Translations under genes and position numbers: made by a program
Notes under the pieces: generated by a model
The model's input: only the letters and a program-made list of their open reading frames with translations
Database searches by the model: none
Told to the model about the DNA's origin: nothing
NCBI GenBank assembly: GCA_964016885.1
Contig: OZ024742.1
Span: 214,086,001 to 214,150,000, forward strand
DNA length: 64,000 nucleotides
From: Eledone cirrhosa
Lineage: Eukaryota
Direction: 5' to 3'
In this document: positions 42,250-53,739 of the stretch, piece after piece
Layout: each line of letters begins with the position of its first letter
Numbering within the stretch: the first letter of the stretch is position 1

Positions 42250-42737
42250 ATACCTTCCTGCCAGATTGTTGAACGTATATACTTACCTTATGCATATTAA
42301 CGGCTGAGTAGCCCAATTTGCATATCGAGTGGGTTAATCGGCCGGGTGCACCGAAAACGATAAACGAAAAAAATGAAACGAAATTTCATTTCCCACTCTT
42401 AGTACGGCTGTTACTTAAATATAAGTATGTACACGCACATACATATATGTATACAGACGTACAATAGTATGTATATATATACATACAAGCACACATATAT
42501 ATATATGTACGTATGGATTCAGCGAACATTTATTATAATGCTCGGTGTGTTTGTAAACAAACATCCCGTATTAAGCCGTAGTGTCCAGCAACCATCGTGG
42601 CTCGTTTGTTCAACACTGACAAAGGAATCGGCCGGGTGCACCCGGCCGATTAACCCACTCGTAATGCAAATTGGGCTACTCAGCCGTTAATATGCATAAG
42701 GTAAGTATATACGTTCAACAATCTGGCAGGAAGGTAT

Positions 42738-42780
42738 ACGTTGCTGACGATAGCTAATAAGCTTGAAACTAGTACAGCGT
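42738..42780 (+). ncRNA. Minimal type I hammerhead ribozyme in the first direct array unit (recurs every ~422 bp)
   Basis: acgttg CTGACGA tagctaataagctt GAAA ctag TA cagcgt: stem I acgttg/cagcgt, stem II agct/agct, palindromic stem III ACTAGT. Confidence 0.88.
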
Positions 42781-45700
42781 TCCTATGTCAGTGTTGAACA
42801 AACGAGCAACGATGGTTGCTGGACACTACGGCTTAATACGGTATGTTTGTTTACAAATACACCGAGCATTATAATAAATGTTCGGTGAATCCATACGTAC
42901 ATATATATATGTGTGCTTGTATGTATATATATATATATACATACTATTGTACGTCTGTATACATATATGTATGTACGTATACATACTTATATTTAAGTAA
43001 CAGCCGTACTAAGAGTGGGAAATGAAATTTCGTTTCATTTTTTCGTTTATCGTTTTCGGTGCACCCGGCCGATTAAACCACTCGATATGAAAATTGGGCT
43101 ACTCAGCCGTTAATATGCATAAGGTAAGTATATACGTTCAACAATCTGGCAGGAAGGTATACGTTGCTGACGATAGCTAATAAGCTTGAAACTAGTACAG
43201 CGTTCCTATGTCAGTGTTGAACAAACGAGCAACGATGGTTGCTGGACACTACGGCTTAATACGGCATGTTTGTTTACAAATACACCGAGCATTATAATAA
43301 ATGTTCGGTGAATCCATACGTACATATATATATGTGTGCTTGTATGTATATATATATATACATACTATTGTACGTCTGTATACATATATGTATGTACGTG
43401 TACATACTTATATTTAAGTAACAGCCGTACTAAGAGTGGGAAATGAAATTTCGTTTCATTTTTTTCGTTTATCGTTTTCGGTGCACCCGGCCGATTAACC
43501 CACTCGATATTCAAATTGGGCTACTCAGCCGTTAATATGCATAAGGTAAGTATATACGTTCAACAATCTGGCAGGAAGGTATACGTTGCTGACGATAGCT
43601 AATAAGCTTGAAACTAGTACAGCGTTCCTTTGTCAGTGTTGAACAAACGAGCAACGATGGTTGCTGGACACTACCGCTTAATACGGGATGTTTGTTTACA
43701 AACACACCGAGCATTATAATATATGTTCGGTGAATCCATACGTACATATATATATGTGTGCTTGTATGTATATATATATATACATACTATTGTACGTCTG
43801 TATACATATATGTATGTACGTGTACATACTTATATTTAAGTAACAGCCGTACTAAGAGTGGGAAATGAAATTTCGTTTCATTTTTTTCGTTTATCGTTTT
43901 CGGTGCACCCGGCCGATTAACCCACTCGATATTCAAATTGGGCTACTCAGCCGTTAATATGCATAAGGTAAGTATATACGTTCAACAATCTGGCAGGAAG
44001 GTATACGTTGCTGACGATAGCTAATAAGCTTGAAACTAGTACAGCGTTCCTTTGTCAGTGTTGAACAAACGAGCAACGATGGTTACTGGACACTACGGCT
44101 TAATACGGGATGTTTGTTTACAAACACACCGAGCATTATAATAAATGTTCGGTGAATCCATACGTACATATATATATGTGTGCTTGTATGTATATATATA
44201 TATACATACTATTGTACGTCTGTATACATATATGTATGTACGTGTACATACTTATATTTAAGTAACAGCCGTACTAAGAGTGGGAAATGAAATTTCGTTT
44301 CATTTTTTTCGTTTATCGTTTTCGGTGCACCCGGCCGATTAACCCACTCGATATTCAAATTGGGCTACTCAGCCGTTAATATGCATAAGGTAAGTATATA
44401 CGTTCAACAATCTGGCAGGAAGGTATACGTTGCTGACGATAGCTAATAAGCTTGAAACTAGTACAGCGTTCCTTTGTCAGTGTTGAACAAACGAGCAACG
44501 ATGGTTGCTGGACACTACGGCTTAATACGGGATGTTTGTTTACAAACACACCGAGCATTATAATAAATGTTCGGTGAATCCATACGTACATATATATATG
44601 TGTGCTTGTATGTATATATATATATACATACTATTGTACGTCTGTATACATATATGTATGTACGTGTACATACTTATATTTAAGTAACAGCCGTACTAAG
44701 AGTGGGAAATGAAATTTCGTTTCATTTTTTTCGTTTATCGTTTTCGGTGCACCCGGCCGATTAACCCACTCGATATGCAAATTGGGCTACTCAGCCGTTA
44801 ATATGCATAAGGTAAGTATATACGTTCAACAATCTGGCAGGAAGGTATACGTTGCTGACGATAGCTAATAAGCTTGACACTAGTACAGCGTTCCTTTGTC
44901 AGTGTTGAACAAACGAGCAACGACGGTTGCTGGACACTACGGCTTAATACGGGATGTTTGTTTACAAACACACCGAGCATTATAATAAATGTTCGGTGAA
45001 TCCATACGTACATATATATATGTGTGCTTGTATGTATATATATATATACATACTATTGTACGTCTGTATACATATATGTATGTACGTGTACATACTTATA
45101 TTTAAGTAACAGCCGTACTAAGAGTGGGAAATGAAATTTCGTTTCATTTTTTTCGTTTATCGTTTTCGGTGCACCCGGCCGATTAACCCACTCGATATTC
45201 AAATTGGGCTACTCAGCCGTTAATATGCATAAGGTAAGTATATACGTTCAACAATCTGGCAGGAAGGTATACGTTGCTGACGATAGCTAATAAGCTTGAA
45301 ACTAGTACAGCGTTCCTTTGTCAGTGTTGAACAAACGAGCAACGATGGTTACTGGACACTACGGCTTAATACGGGATGTTTGTTTACAAACACACCGAGC
45401 ATTATAATAAATGTTCGGTGAATCCATACGCACATATATATATGTGTGCTTGTATGTATATATATATATACATACTATTGTACGTCTGTATACATATATG
45501 TATGTACGTGTACATACTTATATTTAAGTAACAGCCGTACTAAGAGTGGGAAATGAAATTTCGTTTCATTTTTTTCGTTTATCGTTTTCGGTGCACCCGG
45601 CCGATTAACCCACTCGATATTCAAATTGGGCTACTCAGCCGTTAATATGCATAAGGTAAGTATATACGTTCAACAATCTGGCAGGAAGGTATACGTTGCT

Positions 45701-46368
45701 GACGATAGCTAATAAGCTTGAAACTAGTACAGCGTTCCTTTGTCAGTGTTGAACAAACGAGCAACGATGGTTGCTGGACACTACGGCTTAATACGGGATG
45801 TTTGTTTACAAACACACCGAGCATTATAATAAATGTTCGGTGAATCCATACGTACATATATATATGTGTGCTTGTATGTATATATATATATACATACTAT
45901 TGTACGTCTGTATACATATATGTATGTACGTGTACATACTTATATTTAAGTAACAGCCGTACTAAGAGTGGGAAATGAAATTTCGTTTCATTTTTTTCGT
46001 TTATCGTTTTCGGTGCACCCGGCCGATTAACCCACTCGATATGCAAATTGGGCTACTCAGCCGTTAATATGCATAAGGTAAGTATATACGTTCAACAATC
46101 TGGCAGGAAGGTATACGTTGCTGACGATAGCTAATAAGCTTGACACTAGTACAGCGTTCCTTTGTCAGTGTTGAACAAACGAGCAACGACGGTTGCTGGA
46201 CACTACGGCTTAATACGGGATGTTTGTTTACAAACACACCGAGCATTATAATAAATGTTCGGTGAATCCATACGTACATATATATATGTGTGCTTGTATG
46301 TATATATATATATACATACTATTGTACGTCTGTATACATATATGTATGTACGTGTACATACTTATATT

Positions 46369-46405
<37 letters not shown>

Positions 46406-46599
46406 AAGCTTCATCAGGAAGTTCCATCACAGTTCTAGTACTGTAGAAACTTTTCTATATTAAACATTTATACTCTGCTCTGTATTGAGTACCTTATTTA
46501 CTGTGGTTATCCCCGGGATAACTTATATATATATATATACACACACATACATATATATATATTTTTCTTTCAAGGTTCAAATATTCTGAGCAGACAAAA

Positions 46600-48990
46600 G
46601 GGAATTCTTTATTAACTCAGCAGAGCGACATAAAAAAACTCCATCAATAATCAAGAATAATTAAGGAAAATTCCGCTATGTGTAACGGCATGACAGAAAG
46701 TAAATAAGATTGAACATGTATGCATAATTCATACCTGAGCGTGCTTACCATAATTAATACTGGGTGAGATTCTTATCGTCAACACAAAAGAAAATAGATT
46801 TTACCGATATTCAAATAGTTGATTTGAACAACAAAAATATCATATCTTATATATGAGAAAAACCATTACCGGAAAGAAATATATGAGTATCAAGAATACT
46901 ACAACGAAGTTGCACATTTGTTATCAAATTACCAAAGTAAAGTTAATATACCGTATTTGTAATAACAAAGGAATAGACAATGCTGATGCAAAATGTTGTA
47001 AAACACCAAACTGGAAAGTTCCTGGACTTGATGACTGAATAATTAAATGATTCTTTATGTATCAGGAAACCTTTGTCTGAAATGATGATTCAAGCCAAGG
47101 ATATTGATCACCCAAAGGGTCAAAAGGAATGCAATGCAACTGACAGCTTTAAACGGATAATGTGTATCTCAATAATGTGAACGTTGTTAGCAGCTATACA
47201 ATATATAACAACATATTTAAATATTAGATAGCCGGAATATATTACCACTAGATCAGAAATGATGCGGAATAAGAATGGATGTACTAAGTATCAATTATGG
47301 ATAGCTACATTAATAATATAGTATTAAAGGGAACACCATACAATACTTGCAATGACATGCATCAATAATAAAGAAGCTTATGGTATGTTTCCTCATTTCT
47401 GGATAAAAGAATCTTTAAATATGGTAGGAGTAGAATAAAATATAAGGACGTTTACTGTAAATAGAAAACTAACTATTCTAGTAAAAGGTAGGAAGAGTTA
47501 AAATCAATAGAGAATCGACCGTTAACATGGTTAGTTTGGCCCCTTTGCTAGTTAGAATATGCATAAGGTTTGTAACACTGCTGTTATGAATGCTAAGGCG
47601 TATATATGTTATTAGTTGAAGGCAGCATACAGTAAATTACCTTATCTTCATGGATGATTTGAATCTGCTTGTAAGGTGTGTAGATAATAAAAAGACTGCT
47701 TAGTAGAAGAAGAACATGTAGTTAAGGAAGATGTTGAGATAGAATTCCCGATTAAATATGTGGTGTTTTAATAATCAAATGAGAAAAGATAGTGAAACAT
47801 AATAGGATAGAATTATCAGAAAATGAGAGCACAAAACCGATAAAGACACTGTAACTACTTGTGTACAGGAATACAATATGAAATAAGTGTTTATATAGGA
47901 ATACTTCAGAAAGTCGAAATTAACTCCTAGATTATAGCCAACTTCTAAAATGTAACCAAACGTGATATTGCTAGTAGGACATTAGCAGTGCCTTCATTGA
48001 GGTTCTTTTAAAATAATGAAAGAATGATTGCCATATGAAGTAGTTCACATCACAAGGGAGGTTGGTTTGATTTTTATCTGCTTTAAAAATGGTGGAACAT
48101 TATTTAGTTGTGAAGAATGTATACAGAGCAAGGAAAATAATGCATCGGTATATGTAATCATTGGTGTAGAGAAGCTACTGGAAGAGTTACGAAAACTATA
48201 ATAGTTGAATGAATAAGGTATAGAGTAAAAAATTGAGAACTGGTCATGGAAAGAAACGCATAGATTATGATAGTTCATGCTCACGATTAGAAAATCAAAA
48301 TTATTTATCAAGTTACAACTCTTGATCTTTGCAGCAGAGTAACTGATCGAAAGAATAAAATATCAATAAAATCATGAATATAGAGAATAAAAACAAAATA
48401 AAGCAAAACAAAAAAAAACAACAACAACACAAAACAATTATACCCCATAAAGTAGTCCGTGTAGCAAATGGATAAAGTGTAGCAAATTTAGGATGTGAAC
48501 AAAATATATGAACTAAAGAAAAACATGTATATTAGAAAACACGTGATAAAACAGCCTTTACCTTCCACTGGGATTTATGAGGAAAATATCAATTAGAATT
48601 GAAAGGGAAATGTTATGATCACTAACTTACCTATATAATTAAGTCTGAAGACATTGCAAGCGTTTGGGATTTAACTATTCGATGTACTAAAAGATATAGA
48701 TAGTACGGAGCCCGATAGTATCTGTGTAAAACGAGACAAATCAATAGAATACAAAATACGTGATATTGAAATTAGTAAGAACTCTGCAACCTAGACCAAA
48801 AAATAGAGTAGCATTAATGAATCTCAAGCAATTCATTGGAAATATGTGGCCACTAAATAAGGTATATATATACCAATTATTGATATATCGAAGTGGGTGC
48901 ACTAATAGACGATTCAAAGTCTTAATCAGTAGTGAAAACAATATTAGAATATACTGAGTATAAAACGAAAACAAATATTACAAAAATAAT
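46600..48990 (+). mobile_element. Highly decayed RLE-type non-LTR retrotransposon (R4/Dong-like)
   Basis: Remnants NWKVPGLD, (DY)K-AY-MFPHFWI, NYLIFMDDL, and RKHDK...HWDL followed by an RPD-like region. Confidence 0.55.
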
Positions 48991-49083
48991 AGTGTGAATA
49001 ATATATGTGATTGAAAATATGCTCAAGGGAAGACATACTTTTAGAATGTCATGCGTTCATATATATATATATACATACATACA

Positions 49084-49690
49084 TGGTGGCTGCCAACTTG
49101 TTTTCGAGTACGGCCACTACTTTATATCCATGTTGGAGAAACCCTACCAATGCACTGAACGAGTGTGACTTTTAGTCCAGCCAGCGACTTGAAAACTCTG
49201 GTACAAACACTACACTTGTGACAATTATTGACACATAGTGCTGGGCCCATGGTACCATGTCACGACAAGTGCATAGAGATCTCCAGATATAAAGCAATGC
49301 CTGTGCCGTGAAGCTTTTATAGTGAGCAAAGGCACTGCACAAAGCCAGTCCCACTCTCTTAGCCAAGATGATATTTACCAAAAAGAAGAACAAGTCAACA
49401 TCATTGGATACCATCAGGGTTGCAGGTGTTATATCATAGTCTTCTTTCTCCTAGAATTCTGTTTTGACAAAGGCTAAGGGGTCATCTCTCCCAGTGATTT
49501 TGGATGGCCATTGACTCTTAAGAGCTCCTTCGCCCTTTGACAGGTTTTATTTTTAGTCCTGCAGGATGTCCAAAGTCACCCTCCTCACCAAGAAACCTTG
49601 GTGGGGTTGCCAGTTTAGTCGCCAACGACCCGACCATGAGACAGGTTGTACAGGGATACATGTTACCAGTAGCGCCAACTGGTGACCTGA
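49084..49690 (-). mobile_element. Copy of (TATG)n-tailed RTE-like element
   Basis: Reverse complement of 1447-2053, with microsatellite flanks. Confidence 0.8.
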
Positions 49691-49756
<66 letters not shown>

Positions 49757-50839
49757 GTGAGATGCAACCGGTCCTAGCATTTATAACTATGCTGGGTCCG
49801 TCAACTTATATATATGTGGGAGCCCCTGCATTGACACATTGGAACAGGAAGACCAACGTTAACATATGTTGATGCCCTAAGGACAGATAATGGTCTGTTG
49901 GAAACGCAAGTGATAATGAGGGACAGAGACCGTTGGAGAGAACTCGTCCATGAATCTCGGGAATTTTACCCGCCCTAGATATATATATATATATATATTT
50001 ACACATAAAATTTAAACTAGAAAGGAAACGCTTCTTCAGTGCTGTGAATTAGGTAGAAATATTTTCAAGACCTTTCCATGAATTGTTTTTTTTGTCCATC
50101 CACGAGCATTTTGTTTAGTCATTAATCTATTCACTTACCCATGCAGATACGACTTGCATTTTTCTGGACGAAAAGAAAAATACACACACTATCAAGGAAG
50201 TTAGTTGTGTAAAATTTGGTTGGCAAGAAAATGGAAAAAATATCTTTGGACAAATAATTCAGAATTATCGAATTTAAGCATGCGTAACTAAGATATAAAC
50301 AGCTTGTCATTGCAATGATAGGTTGTGGCTAAGTGCTTTACTGTAATGTTTTAGATATTTGGTTTCACAAAAGGCCAGTATGCAGGATTATGTGGCAAAC
50401 TACGAATTTAATGAAACAATATGAAAATACAAATGATAAACAAAACTTAAAGAATATTTAAACCGATATTTTATACACGTAAGGTGAACATGGAGAAATT
50501 ACTATTACGTATAATGTTCCTTCAGGTTGAAGAATGTGATGTTTGGTTTGAATCCCTGCAGCAGCCACAGAGGAACAAATTGAAAAAATATATTCTACTA
50601 CTGAATAATAGCTCTGAAATGAATGTGATACATTATCGTTGATCATCCACATGTGATAGGTGTTCCTTATGGGACTCGTAGGAAGACTAAAAAACACTTT
50701 GCGGTCTCATTTGTCGGTGGAGCAGAGTCGTTGGAGAAGCGTTTCACAGAAATCAGGAAAGGGCCATTTGCAGCTGCTTCATTGACTTCAAAACAGACTT
50801 TGACAGTATCAGCCGAAATATTATTTGAAAAGCCATCTA

Positions 50840-51775
50840 GTTGTTTGGGGCAGAAAAGAATCTGAACGGGTCATCCCGTGGAAGTGGTGCAAGGCAGAGC
50901 CACCATTGGCAATTGGGATGTCAAGAGAAAAGTACACGGGAAGGATACCCAATGCCTCCGCTGATCTTCATTTTCTATGTGGAACCAGCTATGCAGTGTC
51001 TACGGGCTGCCAGTAAACAGATAACACCTCAACAAGCAAAGATTTGCGAATAACATCGATATACTAGAATACAGCAGGAATGAACTACAAGAAAGCTTTG
51101 GTCAATTCAGACACCGACTATATGAATTAGAAATCAACGTATCGAAGACAAAAGCAGTGTGTCTTGAGCAGTCCGCAGGGCATGCAGTATTGCTTACACT
51201 CCAAAATGTTGAAATCGAAAAGGTCAACCAGTTCATCTATCTCGGCAGACGTATTACATCAGACAGCTAATGAACTAAGGAAATTCGCCGAAGGATTGCG
51301 TTGGGGTACTGTAGAGTGGCGAGGCTAATCTATATCTGGAAAAGAAAAAAACTCACTCCTCACCACAAAGATCGATGTTGTCGTACTTCTATATTTAGCG
51401 TCCTGCTTGATGCTGCTAAACCATGGGCTGTGAAAAGTAGACTGGTGCAGGCTGTTATAGACGCTTGCTGGACATGAGGTGGTACCACCATGTCATCAAC
51501 ACAGATGTCGTGAGGCTCATTCAGCCACGAAGATTGCAGCAGATAATTATGCGGAGAAAGTTTGAGCTTTCTGGTCTCATCTATCACATCTCGAACATCC
51601 GCTTGATTAAAATGGTAAACGTATTGCCACAGAGAATGGCTAGGGACATTTACTGGAAAAGCCACCCCACCTCACGGTAAACCTTCCACTGTCTTTCCGA
51701 TTTTACAAAAGAAATCAGCAGTGCAAGGACTGTTGACACCAGGAGTCCCGACGGCGACTGGTAAGAACAGGAAGT
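50840..51775 (+). mobile_element. Decayed RTE-clade LINE RT fragment
   Basis: Broken frames with PLIFIFYVE, LEINVSKTK, EKVNQFIYLG and KEIRRRIALG. Confidence 0.65.
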
Positions 51776-51827
51776 GGTCAGTCAAAAGCACCAAACCTCA
51801 AATTTTTGTTGTCATTGCTCAACCTAT

Positions 51828-51876
<49 letters not shown>

Positions 51877-51925
51877 CATATATATATGTACGTATACATT
51901 CATACACACACACCCATATATACAT

Positions 51926-51978
<53 letters not shown>

Positions 51979-52329
51979 GTCATAAAACCTTGTCGAACTT
52001 TCGAGGTTTTGCAGGACGAAATCATTAAATACTGAAGCTGATAGTACATATCTGTAGCCTACATTCATTGTTTGATGCATAACCTCTGTGATGTCATAAT
52101 TTCGTTGTCTTGGAAAAGGCATTCACTATAAGAACTATCAGGTCATTAGTAATCCCCTCTCTCTGATTTCACGAACACAACATTCGGCATTTAATTGAGT
52201 CGACTATTTCAACCACAGTATGGAAAGTGGAATAAAATTTCTTAATTACATATCATTCTTCAATTCAGGTTGAAACCTTTAGTATGTTAAAATCCTCAAA
52301 ATCTACGAATTAAAATATGTATATATATA

Positions 52330-53042
52330 TATGAAGAGAGAAGAAACATTAGATATAATTAGTAATAAGATATATCATACCTAAACTGCTTCTAAATTCC
52401 TCGACTACGTAGTTTCGTGGCATATGCAAAAACATTACATCACAGAGATATAGAGTTTTTGTGAGGTCTGCCGACTTATCAAGAGGATATCTCATTAAGG
52501 GTTTCAAAACACGTCTGTAAGATGCGAGATAGAATCCCGAAAGGTGGAGGGGGAGTCAATCACGTGATACAGCGGTCAAATATGTATGTGTCCGCATATA
52601 TCTGTGTGTTTCTCTATATATTGTTTATAACTCCCTTTGGTCGAGTAACCTTTGAAGTGTAGTGACTGCTAGAAAGCTACCACTACTCATACTTCTTGCC
52701 TCCCTAACCACCTCTTCTACAGCCTCGATATAAATACCCCCTCCGCCTCCGTGGTATTTTTTTCAGGGTTATAAGAGGCTTAGCTCTGTTTCTTGACCGC
52801 TGTATCACGCGATTGACTCCCCCTCCGCCTTTCGGGATTCTATCTCGCATCTTACAGACGTGTTTTGAAACCCTTAATGAGGTATCCTCTTGATAAGTCG
52901 GCAGACCCCACAAAAACTCTATATCTCTGTGTTGTAATATTTTTGCATATGCCACGAAACTACGTAGTCGAGGAATTTAGAAGCAGTTTAGGTATGATAT
53001 ATCTTATTACTAATTATATCTAATGTTTCTTCTCTCTTCATA
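52330..53042. mobile_element. Fold-back pLTR-like element with ~250-bp inverted arms
   Basis: 52330-52580 is the reverse complement of ~52793-53042. (TA)n flank; each arm carries an HHR. Confidence 0.85.
52885..52974 (+). ncRNA. Hammerhead ribozyme with U3:A8 core (mirror copy 52398-52487, minus strand)
   Basis: tcctc TTGATAA gtcggca...tgccac GAAA ctacgtag TC gagga: perfect stem I, 10-nt palindromic stem III, GUC cleavage triplet. Confidence 0.75.
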
Positions 53043-53195
53043 ATGTACTTTATAGCTCTGATACTGGTTCAGTCTAATCCATTCGGATGGGTTTGTCCCA
53101 GTTATTCATAGAGCAACATCGGTTAAGGTTGGCACCATTAACTCAAGGATAGATGTGGATATATTCATGTATATGTATGTGTCCGCATATATCTG

Positions 53196-53305
<110 letters not shown>

Positions 53306-53316
53306 TATATATATAT

Positions 53317-53351
<35 letters not shown>

Positions 53352-53693
53352 AGTGTGTGTGTATATATATACACACACAAGGAGACACACACATATACTG
53401 TACATATCAAATATATATATATATACATATGTATATATATATATACATATAGACATATACACGCAAACCTACATACATTTAAGTACAGAGTCACTCCAGG
53501 TAGAGTCCCTATGTCTCTGAATTGATAGCATAACCAACCTGCAAGAGACCCAGGGATAGACTTCGAGCAAAATGGTTGGTCATGCTTGGGGATCCAGCCG
53601 GATCAGTTGGAAACGGTTGGTTCTTACAGGACTCGGTGGTGGGTGTGTTTTAAGACTCTTCCTCCACGACCCTCTCAAGAAGAAGAAGAAGAA

Positions 53694-53739
<46 letters not shown>

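Larger units (their letters stand above)
41938..46368. repeat. Tandem array of 422-bp hammerhead-containing units (retrozyme-like): ~1.6 inverted units, then ~9 direct units
   Basis: Unit marker gtgcacccggccgattaa at 42636, 43059, 43481, 43903, 44325, 44747, 45169, 45591 and 46013. Inverted copies at 41938-42625. (TA)n at both ends. Confidence 0.95.

Noticed and set aside
41938-46368. CRISPR-like array or repeated 71-aa ORF (MYVWIHRTF...)
   Set aside because: Units are near-identical with no unique spacers and no cas genes. The ORF is antisense to the HHR, has no recognisable domain and is broken in several units.
49860-49925. HHR-like CTAAGGA...GAAA
   Set aside because: Too many core mismatches and no stem I.
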